Shown: in pieces, positions 12,228 through 26,000 of the stretch | Layout: every line of letters starts with the position of its first letter | How positions within the stretch are numbered: position 1 is the first letter of the stretch | From: Paramecium tetraurelia | Taxonomy: Eukaryota | Direction of reading: 5' to 3' | Assembly (NCBI GenBank): GCA_000165425.1 | Contig: CT868096.1 | Span: forward strand, 248,001-312,000 | Length of the DNA: 64,000 bases | Position numbers and translations under genes: made by a program | The notes under the pieces: model-generated | Told to the model about the DNA's origin: nothing | Database searches by the model: none | Seen by the model: the letters and a program-made list of their open reading frames with translations, nothing else

Positions 12228-14183
12228 ATGCTGAATGGAAAATAAATTGGAGATTACGTGCTTATGGAAGAATTAGGCAGGGGCTCCTTTGGCTGTGTAA
12301 CTATCTCTCTATATCATTCTTTCGATAGGTTTACAAATGCTAGAACATTATCGATTAATCATTTCATGCAATAAAGATTATCCAATTTCAATCTTTGAGC
12401 AATTGCGAAGGAGTTGTTGGTGAATTATTAAAGGACGAGATAAGTGTACTGACTAAAATAGATTCGCCTAATGTTTTGAAATTGGAACACTACTTTTAAT
12501 CAAAAAGTAATTGCTATATTGTAATGGAATATTGTAATGGTAAATATACATATTTTTAATAGCAAACAGGAGGGGATTTAGAAAGGTACTGGACCAGGGA
12601 AGGTAAAAGAATAAAGGAACAGAAAGCACTAGAAATCGTTATCCAGATTCTGAATGGATTGAGTGAATTACATAAATAGAATGTGATACATAGAGACATA
12701 AAATTGGCCAATATTTTGATGCATAATGATCAAATTAAAATTGCCGATCTTGGATTCTGTAAGCAATTGCAAAACTAGGTTTGATTTATTTTTATACTAC
12801 TTTAGGAAATGGAGGTTAGCTTATGTTTGGGTACACCAGGCACGATGGCACCGGAAGTAGCCTCATTCGAGAGTTATGGCTTACAATCAGACATCTTTTC
12901 GATAGGGTGCATCTTCTATCAACTTTTATATGGTGAATTGCCCTTTGAGTGTCTAAATATCAATTCCTATATAAAAGCTATTCGATATTGTAATATCATA
13001 ACCATTCTATGTTAGAGTAAATCGACTTCAATAAGAATAACGTCGTGATCCAGGATGAATTAAAGGAGATTATTAGCAAGATGTTGAAAGATGAACCCAA
13101 AAAGAGATTAACCTTCCCCCAATTATATCAATATCCTCTTTTCAGGAACACACAAAAAATGTCTTAAGTAAGTAAAATTGCAATTCAAAATATGACGAAT
13201 CCAGAAACTACTAACTACTATGAAGAAATTTATAAAAATCAACAGGATATTCAGATAGGATAGTAAGGCATGACCGCCTTGAAATAGAATGGAGACATCT
13301 TTAAAACTTAAACTGAGAAGCAAAACTAGTAATCTCAGTTTATGAGTAATCTATAGAATGCGAATAATAGCAATCGCAATCTTTTTGTATAGGATCAAGT
13401 ATCAAAGCTGACATATGAAATTATGGCAGCCCAATAATTGCGTCCAAATCAATAATAAATTAATAATGCTTTATAGGAACTCTAAGATAATGAGTAGATA
13501 TTCAAAACTGACAGATTCAAGCATAATTATAGCATGACTGCTAATAGTTAATAGAATCAGAAGTTATGTCAGCAATTTCGTTTCCTTTTGGATGCCTTAT
13601 AATATTGCGATAGAACATACATTGAAATCGATCAAATCTAATTCTTAGATGAAAGCTAGGTAAGCTTTTTCATTTGATATCAAAGACTTTGATAGGCAAA
13701 TTCATGATCCAAAAGAGAATAAGATCTGAAAGCAAGAAGTTTTTCTAGGTTTAACAAGAGAACCCATTCTATGATGAATTGAATTAAATGGGAGAAGCCT
13801 TCAAACCTTATGTCTAAAATCAACTGTTTGAAAAATTGCATCAGCAGATGTACTATTTTGATTTAGTGGTTAATAGCATAAGTTCTTCTTCCCTTCTTAG
13901 TAGATTAACACAGCCCTTCATAAATGAGTTGAAGGATGAAGAAACAGGAATATTCCACTTGCACTATTGGGAAGCATTAAATGAATTGCATCAATTAATC
14001 AAAAAAGAAATCAATAGGGAAGCGGACAACAAAAGAAAGAAGATTTTAGTGATCGCGTTGCTTCATTTATAAGGATGCATGCATTTCCAAGATCTGTGTA
14101 CTTTGAAAATAGATTTTGAGGAAGAGTTTTTACACATAAAAAAGAAAAATTTGATTGAGTTGATCAAGAAAGTTTAATATTGA
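12228..14183 (+). CDS. Ser/Thr protein kinase, ciliate ULK/ATG1-like type
   Basis: [48 protein letters not shown]; several short introns; Q-rich linker and helical C-terminus. Confidence 0.92.
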
Positions 14184-14222
14184 TATTTATATTCAAATTT
14201 TACATTTATTATATAATATAAT

Positions 14223-17200
14223 ATGCTTCCAATAATACTATTATTACTTTATCAAGTGTCCTGTGGTAGAGTTAGACCATATGGACCAAGATCACTTACA
14301 ATGTCTAATGTCAATCCCAATGGGTATCTTAATTTGATCTATTAGAATTTAGTTGGTCTGAATACAATTTTACAATGATATTTGATACAACCTTACCATC
14401 ATCAGGAATTTTAGTGATTGAGTTCCCAAACGCAAATTATCCTGACAGATTGGGATTACGTCCAGATGCTGTTTTGTATGCGCCTTACCCTAAAACGAGA
14501 ACTTTTGTTTAGAATGACAGATCACTGGAAATTCAATTAGGAGAGTGGCCGATTGAAACTCCTTTGACTGTAACAATCTCAGGAATTATTAATTCACAAA
14601 AATAAGGAGGTACTGGAAATTTCAAAGTCTATACAAAACTCAATTCTCATATTGTTGACATTAATAGGAACTTTGCTGTCATTGGATTGGCAGGAGAAAC
14701 TATACAACTGTTATCAGCCTAAATGTCTATTAATAACAATTATGCTGGAGAAGTGACAGACTATTTAGCCTCTCTCCAACCTAGTTAGGATTTGAATAGC
14801 AGAATCGACTTCATTATCACATTCCCAGATTTGTATGATCTTTCCCAATTGAAAAAGTGCTCTTGCAATGTCTTTACTCCTTCTTGCACTGTTCATAAGA
14901 ATTTTAAGAATCAAATACTTGTAGGAGGCAATCAAAATTCTATTCCAAAAGGTACCAGTGTTTAAATAACATTTAATGACATTGTGAATCCATCGAGGAA
15001 GATGAAAACACCCCTCTTTAATTTCAGAGTAATTGAAAGAAACACCAATAACACATTATAGGAATCATCGGCTGTTAATGGGTTGGAAATCTTAGCAGGA
15101 TAAATGAAATTAGTCATGTTAGAAATTCTTTACTATCAACCTTATATCTATTACATCAGAGACTTCAGACTATAATTCAGACCTAAAAATGGGTTTTAAT
15201 ATGCCAAAATATCAACCGATTTCTATTAGGTAATGAGTTGCCAAATCACGAGAGGATTGTTAGACCCAAGTAAATTTTAAGATAGTATATGCAGTCCCTT
15301 GGGAAGAGATATGTTTTTATCTAATATTTAATCATACGTAGAATCTGATTATAGTTATGAATTCGTTGAGGTGCGTTTCAGAGCAAGAATCGGAGATAGA
15401 GTCATACTTACAAACCCAGTCGAAATATACACATACAAGGATTCAGATTATCTCTATCTGGCAGATTAGGATAGTCTCTCTGTTAACAGTCAATTGCAAA
15501 TAGTATTATGGCCAATAGTGACACCAACCATGGTCTTTGCTATCACATTTGATGACCCTTTGGTCTAAACCAATGTATATCCATAAACCAATGCTTAAAT
15601 CACTATAGTCTATACTGCCAAGGTCGGTATCAGTTTAACAACCAAAACTGTCTTCGGGTTGGAAATCCCATAAGATTTCTAGGGAGTCCCAGAATGCACA
15701 TTCAAAGATCCAAATGATGTTATGGTAGATGTAACATGTGAATTCGGACTTGGATTTCTGAACATCACAAATGTCTTTGATTATTACGATTCTACAATTA
15801 AGGGAGCAGTTATAACAATAAAAGGGCTTTTAACACCAGAAACAGCTGGCAATTTTCCAATCGGAACGTTTGTTTAAGATCAAAATAATGTTTATTACAA
15901 TAATGACACTTTCGTAATATCACCACCAACATTTAAGAAAACTACTGGATAACCTGAATTAACAACAGCAGTCAGTTAATTATCAATTCATTAGAATCAA
16001 TAAACAGCTATATAGATTTAACTTCAATTGGATTGTGATATTTCAGCAGGAGTTAAAAATATGAATGATCCCTATGTTCCATTTACAACTATAGAAGTCT
16101 ATTTTTATTAGTATTATATTACAAATAATGTGTTTGATTATGATTTAGGATCAGGATTGCCAGATCTATCATAATATGGTTGTTAGTTTTAAGATGGAAT
16201 GGTGGCTAGTTCTGGGAATAAGTTGTCATGTGTACTATTCCATGGTATTAACACTGCAACTCCGACATTTGCCAATTATGCCATGGTCAAGATTTAAGGT
16301 TATGCAGCCATTACAGCAACAAATACATCTCCAGTTACTATCTCATTTAAGATACCAGTGAAATACCCTTCCACTATTGGAGCTATCCCTCGTATTAGAG
16401 TTGATCTTGTTAAATATAATCAGAAGGTCAAATCGACATTGAGGTCTCAATCATTCAATATTGGAGCTGTTAAAAATGCAGTAGGAAACAGTTTAGTCGT
16501 TTTCAGTGGGCCAGTGTTAGAGAATCCCAAATTATAGGTAGAAACTACTTTAACTTACAAATTCAAAACAGTTATAAGTTTGGCCAAATCTAAATTGAAT
16601 GGAATATATTTTGAAATACCAAGTGGATTTACTTTCAATTCAGATAAGTTGTTGGTAAGTATTGATGGTGTCTATTAAGACCCAGAGGTAATCTAATATT
16701 TTCCCACTTTTATTTTCATCATGACCAAATTTTCCCAATTATCAAATGGTATTACTCACAACTTGATTTTTGAAAGAGTAGATCTCCCAGTGAGTCTCCC
16801 ATCCTCCAGTGTTACTCATAACATTAAGACTGCATCAGGTGGACAATTCGCAGATACAGCCACATTCACAATACCTACCTTAACTAAAGGATCTCTTCTA
16901 GATATTAGTTTAACTCTATCATCGGATTCTCAAATGCATCCATATGCTAATTATTCAATTTCATTTACAACTTCCATGAAATCATACGATGGATCCATGA
17001 TAATAGTGGATTTCCCATTAGGATATGATATTTAAGCATCGAATGCTTACTTAGATAATATTCCATATACAAATTTAAAAAACACCACTACCAATACCAT
17101 TTCATATGATTTACCAACCATTAGAAAATTCAGAGTTCTTAATTTTGCTCCTTTGATTAAAGGTCAAAGAGTTTCAATTGGTATTTTCAGTGTAAAAAAC

Positions 17201-20200
17201 CCTATGAGTGGCACATTTACAATTGGAATTTCTACAGTGGACAAGAATGGAAATATAATAGAAGATGGATCGAAATCAGTGACAATTGGTTCAACTATTT
17301 TTTCAACACAAATTTTAACAGTAACTTCAGTAGAGTCTACTCCAAATAATAAAAAAGCTTTGGCATTATACACTTGGTATGTGAATGTAGATTTTACAAT
17401 TCCTAAGTTAAGTTAAATTTAGTTATTCCTTCCCGGAATGCTCTCCATTTATTCAATATCTGCTGCTATTGTATCTTGTCGGATAGTCTAAGATTCAGTT
17501 ATTCCACTAAAGGATTGTTTGGCTAATGAATTAGGTTCTCCTTCTTATGTCTAAATGATTACTGATTACCCAATTAAGGGAAAGGCTTTTAAGATTGAAT
17601 ACTATGGATATTTATAACTAGAAAATGCGCTAAGTGGACTCACTATTTCAATCACATATAATTCTTAGGTGATTGCAACTGGATTATGTCCAACAGTTGC
17701 AGTGACTGATTAATTAACACCATCTTAAGTGACATTGGATTTCTACCCAAAAAATGAAGGAGAAATTGCATACTACAATTTTTATTTAGAAATTGGCAGT
17801 GCTTTTACAATAACATCTAATCATTATATTCTAATAAGATTTCCTTTTGACTATGATTATATAATTGGAATTGAAAAGATGTAAGTCAAAAGTAACACTC
17901 TCTAAGGAGCTTTGAAGATGGCCATAATACCATATCATATAAAAATAAGTGGATTCTATGAATTGAGTAATTTCAAAGGCACATTAGATATTAGTCTATT
18001 AGGAGTGATCAATCCAAATAGACAGAATAACAAGGTCACTGGAACATTTTTATTTGGAATAATGGATGGAAATAAGATGGTCCTAGGTAATACTGCAATA
18101 AGTGGTGTAATTCCTCAATTGGCTCCACTATTGATCCAATTAAATAAAATCACCAGCAGTGTTTCTTTGAGTAGATATGCAAGTACATTCACTTTTGAAA
18201 TCTACCCTCTTTAAAAAGTGTTGTCAACAGTTTATGGAGGGTAATTGTATGCAGACTTTCCTAATAACTTCATAATTGATTCTTTCAATGGAGGTTGTGA
18301 AACCACATCACAATTTTCATTTTTTGCTTCTTGCAAATGGGATTATTTTAGATTCCTGTTCTAAACAAATAATTAGGATTGGTATGCAGATCGATCAGGA
18401 TAATTGGATTTGACAATTACAAATGTGTTGACTCCAGATGATGATGGAGAAACAAACAATTTCATAATCTATAATTATGATTCAATAAATAAAATAGTGT
18501 TGGGAAGAACATACGCAAATCTCCATTCTGCATCATTGATATATAATTATGATGGATTACAGATTGATGTTAATCTTAAATAGCCATTCACTTTGGAAGT
18601 GGGATCTTATTCAGATGAAATCATAATGAATATCACTGATACAGCAGACTTCACTCTTACTCTATCCCCTAACGTTTTGGACTCCTAAATTATCATTACT
18701 CCTAATCCAGTCTAAATTGTTGCAGGAAGCAAATAAGCCAAATTTAGAGTGGCTGCTCCCAGAACCATTTTGTTGTAGACTTACTACATTTAATGGAGTA
18801 AGACTGGAGACACCTTACCTGTTACTTATGCTCCTCTGAGATTGACACCCTTGCAGATGGTTAAAGGCACATTAAAGAGGAAATTGACGATCGAAAAGAT
18901 GGAATATATGCCAAGAAATGGAACATCATACCCACTCTACATCACAACCAACAATCCTCCATATTAGTAGTTGTTAATAAGAATAGGCTTCAAAATGAAT
19001 GTTACTGCAGACGTACCTCTCAGATAGAAATGGTTCATTACAGACAAGAGATTAGAATAACTTAAACTCACTTATGCTGAATTGGTCGATAGTGGAGTTG
19101 ATATTACAGAACATTCTATTGCCAACCTATCCAGTACTCAATTGGAAATGGCTAAATTGCAGTATTCAGTTAATTATGATCTAAATATTTCAATCAATTA
19201 TCCCAGTAAGGAAGACACTCTTACACTCTATTACAGATTGAGAGGATATGACGCAGATTCATTCGAACTCGATGTTCAAGAAATGATCATCCCCATAAGA
19301 GATCAAGAATTCAGAAAACCTAAAATCCTTGAAACCAAAGTTCTAGAAGTAACCAGATCTACTGCTACTTTCTAAGTTACTACTGATATCAAAGGATTCA
19401 TATTTTATGTGTATGCTGATCAACATATGCCGAATCCAATCTTCGAAGAGACCAAAGAACCCAACCTTGACAATGTCACACTCTCTCATTCAAATCCTCT
19501 ATATGGTGTTGATTATGTTAGAACTACGACCTTAGATGTCAATTTCACTATTTCTAAACTCTCACCTAATCACAATTATGAGATCTTTATATTCGTTATG
19601 AACTTAAATAAAGTCGACAATCCCACCTTTATGAAGGTCTTCTTTTAAACCCTTAAGTCTCAAAGGATTGCTCTTCTAACCCTTAAAATTAATTAAGCTA
19701 CTATTGACAATGAAGTCAAAATGGATTACATTCAAAAAGTGGCTGAAATGATCGGAATCACCAAGGCCAGATTATTAGAAAGGACGACAGAATGCAAATA
19801 GACCACTCTAGATGTTTCTACCTCCAATTCTTATCTGTTCTGGAATTTGATTATCTTACCTGATCCTTCAAATATGAATGAATATACTAAACCACTCATT
19901 CTAGCCTAAACCTTAAACTCTAGGAGAGCTGAAATATAGAAGTTTATCACCAGACTTGATGACGAACCCTTCTTTACTTTGGAAGAAATCTCTGACAACA
20001 TTCCTAGTTTTGTTATCAACCCTGAAATGATTGATAGAACTACTTCATCAATATCTGTCAGATTTAAGGTCTCTTACTGTGGTAAAGCCTACCTCACTGT
20101 CAGGAAGAGAGAAAACTCTTAAAGTCTGTCCATTGTTAATGAAACCATCTTTGCTTAAGAACTTCAGAGTGTTCAATTTCCATCAGCCTATCAAATTAAA

Positions 20201-20542
20201 AATGCTCTCAATGAGTCTAATCAAGTAATCAATCAAACAAAAATCACTATTCAAGACACTGATGCCTTCTATCAATACAACTACACAGATCTAGATGTAT
20301 CTATATGATTTTTTCATTTAAGTAAAAAACCGTCTATGACATTTACATTTCCCTTGAAAATGATTTCATTGCCAATCCTGAATTGTTTAGCAATGATTCC
20401 GTTGCCAGATTTACTGCAAAAACACAAAAGATTATTAGTAAACATATCCTTATGTATTTTAGTTCCCCTAAATATTTACAGTATCAATTATTAAGGTTTG
20501 CTTCCATTTTTAATGATTATCAATTTATTATTAATGATATGA
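14223..20542 (+). CDS. Very large (~2000 aa) surface protein of tandem beta-sandwich repeats, probable GPI anchor
   Basis: Signal peptide MLPIILLLLYQVSC; ~6 kb code-6 ORF; recurring Y..F...I.I.FP..Y and I.NP....F.I motifs; FN3-like NFTISKLSPNHNYEIFIFV; hydrophobic C-terminus GLLPFLMIINLLLMI*. Confidence 0.85.
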
Positions 20543-20667
20543 TTACATATTTAACAAATATTACTATCATTAGGTTTCTCTACATTACAATAAATATGTG
20601 ATTTTCTAAAATTGCATTAGAGAATATTTAATCGAACTCTTTAGAATACCTCTCATTAATAAAATTA

Positions 20668-22419
20668 ATGAATAATTATTTTCAACCTTTCTCTGAAATC
20701 AAAGGGTATTAAATACAAGCTTTAATAGGAATAGGAGGATTTGGATAGGTAATTATGAATATTATTTAGGTTTATAAAGCCATTTAGAAAGATTTAAAAA
20801 AAGAAGTAGCCATAAAAGTGATAGAAAAAGAGAGATATTAGGAAAATGATGGACTTTTCGGGAAGCTAGTGGAGTCAGAAATTAAGGCCTTGTAATTAGT
20901 AAAGAGTGACCATATTATTGAATTCTATGAAGCATTTGAAGATGCTAAATATCGTTTCATAGTATTAGAATATTGCGATTGTAAACTCGATTAAAATATT
21001 TTTATGTTAGCCGGAGACTTAGATAATCAATTGAAGAATCCTAAGTTTAAAATAACTGAATAAGATGCAATAGGAATTTTTAAGCAAATTTTGAAAGGTC
21101 TCAGAGATTTACATGCAAAACATATCATACATAGGGATTTGAAAACATAAAACATAATGGTTCATAATAATTCTATTTATAAAATAGGCGATTTAGGGTT
21201 TTCAAAGATCTTAGATGCTGCAGTATTCTATTAATATTATAAAAGGATCAAAAATCCAATTTACAATTAGGTAGCTTATATACAATGGCTCCTGAAATAT
21301 TCAATTAGAAACCTTATGGATTAGCTTCAGACATGTTTTCCTTGGGAGTTATCTTCTATTTCATTCTATACAATAGACTTCCATTCAAATAGAAGGATTA
21401 CTTACAAGATGATCAACGTAATCTTAATTATATTTTAGCAAACTTTAATTTTGAGAAAAACTAAATTGAAGTGTCAAATTCGACTTAAGATCTCTTGATC
21501 TAGATGCTGTAATTTGATCCTTAAAAGAGAATTACGTTTTAGAATGTAATAAATCATCCAGCTTTTGAAAAGCAAAAATTTAGTATTCATCTCATTCATT
21601 CTCTTAGGTATGATGAGCAGGATACAATTGCAAGCCAATAGAATTCCCTTTGAAGACTATTAAGAGTTCTACGTTGAAAAAACAGCCGAAATAGAACAAC
21701 ACTTCTTAATTGATTTTGGTTATCAACAAAATATTCCCTAAGTAGATAAAGCTAAGCAATAACCCTAAAGATATATCAAGATTTCTGAAGTAGTGGACAT
21801 TTAAGAATACAAAGCTAATAAATTAGGGGTAGAAGTAGACAAAATCACCCAAAAGATTAATCAGATGTACTACTTTTCAAACACTATCCAGGAAATGGTA
21901 TAAATTTTTCATTCACCCAATTTAATTGCTTTGTTGTGTTTAAAATTATCATAATTGTGTGAAGAAATACTCAAAATGATTTTTGAAAATAAAGATGAAT
22001 ATCAAAATCAGTAGCAATATAAGGATGAATTTGTAAATCTTGAATTATAGGAGCGTGAAATGTTAATTTTAGATGATGGAATAAAATTTTAATTGAGAGA
22101 TCTCAGAGAGTAACTAATTAATTTCGATGATGCAAAATTTGCTCAATCTTTATCAGATAATTTACCCAAATAGTAATTTAATGCTATGTTCTTTCAAATA
22201 TTGTAAAAGTTTCTTGAATCTGAAAATTATTAAATTACTATTGCATCATCCCATTTAGTTAACTGCTATTTATTTTGCATCACTGAGAATTCATAATTTT
22301 TAGACTTCAATGAAATGACCTTTAACCTCAACAAATCTAACGAAATACATAAAGATTCAGAAAATCTTTTAAACAAAATTTAATTATTTTCCGAAAAAAT
22401 TAATAGTTAAGAATATTGA
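20668..22419 (+). CDS. Ser/Thr protein kinase, ciliate ULK/ATG1-like type
   Basis: IGIGGFGQVYK, VAIK, IIHRDLKTQNIM, YKIGDLGF, GSLYTMAPE, DMFSLG; several short introns. Confidence 0.92.
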
Positions 22420-22528
22420 TAAATATGAATTCTAAAATAATAAGTGATAATACTTATAAATAAGCAAAATCAATTAATTTTTTATTATTTATATATCGGT
22501 ATAGATCCCAAACCCTAGATTCTAAATA

Positions 22529-23031
22529 TCAAACAATAAAAATCTATAAATCATTCAATTCTTTAATAGATGATATATATGAAGTCCCTCTTTCCAGAGT
22601 GCAAAATTTAGATCTCTTTTTTTCTTTAGAATCAGAAATCTGCTCCTATTTCTATTTTTTCAGAGCCTTAAGTCTATCTGATTGCAATGAGCTAAGAGCA
22701 AATTGCATTTACGTGACTACTTATTCTAACTTTTGGAGATCTTAACAAGTTTAATATTTAGCATCTGATCTATTATTAAAAGGGTTTTATGAAGAGCATA
22801 ATCAACAAGGGATCTCTTAGGGGTTAGTAAATGGATGAGAACGAGTGATCGTTAAAATTAAATTGATATTTTGGAAAAAGGATGGAGATTATGTTGAATT
22901 GAATATTTGTGCTTCTTATATTTGGATTGGCGAGTCTAGCTATTTGTCTGAGGTATGAGAGTGGTATAAATCTTATTTAATGATAAATTTATGTGAGTTT
23001 TTATTTGATAATGCCTATTCTAATCATTCAT
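22529..23031 (-). CDS. Possible small hypothetical gene (structure unresolved)
   Basis: Coding-like frame QDLQKLEQVVTQMQFALSSLQSDRLKALKKQKQEQ...FIV*; I could not join it unambiguously to an upstream ATG. Confidence 0.35.
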
Positions 23032-23054
23032 AAAAATATAGAAATAAAGTGATA

Positions 23055-26000
23055 ATGAGTTTCATGGATGATGCTATGGAAGTCGAATAGAATGATGGTA
23101 AGGTTCAAGAGATTCATCAACAGAATAGATTCCTGCATTCTAAGAGAATGATTATAGTGGATGAGAAATGCTAAGCAATCGTTCCTGATAAACCTGAGAA
23201 GACTTTGGAAAAATTCATTAAGCATGTAAATTTGAATTATTATGTTAAGAGATAAAGTTTGATATTTCAGACAGAAAAAATTGAGAAGCTTTAGAACATT
23301 GATGATTATCTACTATTTGCATAATCTTTAATTTTGAGCTAAGTTGATGAATAAACGGCGGAGGATCCGAAAAAGAAAAGCAAAGGATTTAGTGGTGATG
23401 GATTGATTTTAAGTGGTTTGTCGATCACTTAAGAATAAGTTAATGAAAGAGCTTTAATGTTTTTAAAGTCGATGGACTATAATATAATAAAAGCAAAGTT
23501 TTATTTGTTATTCCCAAGTTTATTGGTTTATAATCAATTTAAACACAGACATGCATTGTAATTCACCAATGAATACATGAATGAAAAAATTGAATTGTAC
23601 ATTAGCAAATTGAATGAAGATAAAATGATGCAACAAAACAAGTGGAAATAGGATCTTATGGATATGATAAATAGCAAATAAAAGGTGCATTTGGCTCAAC
23701 TCTAAACATTGCTAGAACAAGGATAGTAATTAAAATATGAAGTTCCTGAATCAATAAAATAAATTCATTCAACATCAATACAAATATAAAAATAAATAAA
23801 TAAATTATTAAAGGAAAAATAAACTTTGGAAAAATTGCGTCAACATTTAGAAAAATTTGAGGAATAAATACCAATTATCACTCCTGAAATATAATAGTTA
23901 AGAGAACAAGTGTAGAAATCTGAAACTTTTTATTAGAAACTTTTGAAGCTTCCTATACCTGTTGAAGATAGTGATAATTTTGATGAGATATTCGAAAATC
24001 TCATCTCCAATTCTCAGTCTCAAAAGGTTCAATTGAAAATCCTTGCAAATTATAATCAAGAATACAAGCTACTTCCTATTGAAATAAAGGCATTCGAATC
24101 ATTACACAAACGATTATATGAATTCGTATTGGATCTAGTTGAAAAGATTAGTAAATTTACTAAGATTTAATAAACTAAAACTAGATTAGGATAATATATA
24201 TCCAATCAAGGAGAAAAAACTGAAAAAATGACATTATCCCAAGCAGGAATATTTAATCATTAGATATTAAAATTAATAGTGACTTGTGATGATTTTGATT
24301 ATTTTAATGAATTATATTAATAAGCCTTGGAATTGAATGAAAAAGTTAAATAATAAATAGATGATCCTGAAATGTAATAAAAATTACTAGGTGAAGTGTT
24401 AGATTGTCCATTCTATTTAGATGTTCAAGAAAGATTATAAAGTATGATAGACTATACATAAATATTGGATTCAATTAAATTAAAAATGTCGGAGAGGTAA
24501 CATTAAGTTGCAAATCAATAAATTTAAATGTTATTAAGTAGAGGAATAATAAATGATGAATTGAAACTCCTTTAAACTCAAACATTAAGAGTCTTAGAGT
24601 GGAACCAATTAGCAGATGAAATTATATCTTATCATTAAAACATATCACTTATTGATGTATATGATGAAAATTTTGAATTGTAATAATATCCTAGTACTCT
24701 TCTTAATCCAACATCAGATATTATAAATTAATTAGACCCAGAAAAGGTTTAGGAAATCGAATCTATATCTGAAAGAATTTAAATGTGGAAAGAGTAATTA
24801 ATTTCATTAATTGATTGTAAGCAAGTCCAATAGACCAGAAAAAACAATTAAAATAAAACATTTTATAAGTTGTGGGAACTCTTTAAGGAAGGATTAAGAT
24901 ACAGATAGGAATTAACATTGATGACCAAAGTTAGAGACATCATTATATAGATTTTAGATTGGCATGCCTAAGTCTATATGATTAAATAAACTTTAAGAGT
25001 TAACGATGATTCAAGTTAATAAATCGATGGAATAGATACTATATGTAGAGTATATATTTAAAGGAATGGCAATTAACATACTTAAGACCAAATCGACAAA
25101 TTACAAAAATTTCAATCACCTTTTCTAAGTGGATCGAAAGATCTTTAGATTATTTAAGCTTTAATATAACATACTGAAAAATGGAAAAAAGATGCAAAAG
25201 ATGCTATTCAAACCTAAAACTAAGAATAAATCAAGTCTTTATTAGATGAATCTTTGAAGTTGCCAGTGGATGAATTATTGGTCAAAGAACTATAGAGTAT
25301 ACATGCATCTCATTAAAAAGTGAATTGGATTTTATCAACTATTGCTACATCTGATCCATTATTTGATTCAATTTTATCAGCTTTAAAGAATGATGAGTCA
25401 GTTAAATAATTGAAAGATGAAATGTTGACAATTTATGCCGATAATCCATAAAATAAAAAAAAGAAAGAAGGCATGAAATTGTCAAAAATGGCTTAAAATT
25501 TCTTTTTGAATTTTCAAAATACAATTAATAGCTATTTAGCATTTTTGACTCAATTAGATGAAAATAAATTAAAGAAATTATAGCCTATACGAATTTAAAG
25601 ATTGAAAGAATACTAAAGAGAAGTTTAAAATGATGACTTTAATAAATAGATAGAAGATTGGATTTAATAGTATCAATAATGGTAGATGCAGATAACCAAT
25701 TTAAATGATTAGCAATAATAAAAGAAAAAGAAAAAGGGAAAAGATTCAGAATCCCAACCTGAAACTTATTCCTTAACTGGCGATTTACTCTATTATTTCA
25801 AAGTTCCTGAATTGCTTTGTCTTGTTATTTAAGGAATAGAGAAAAACTATATCAGTCAGGAATTAATAAGTTCGATTGAGAAATTGGTTATCATAAATAG
25901 ATAAGCTTAGATAGCTCTATCTGTATCGAGTGTCAAAGAAGTATCATATTATTCTGAAGTATTTATGCCATAATTTTACGTAATGGCCAAAAAATTCAGA

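Noticed and set aside
22507..22515. cccaaaccc telomere-like motif
   Set aside because: Only 1.5 units; expected by chance.
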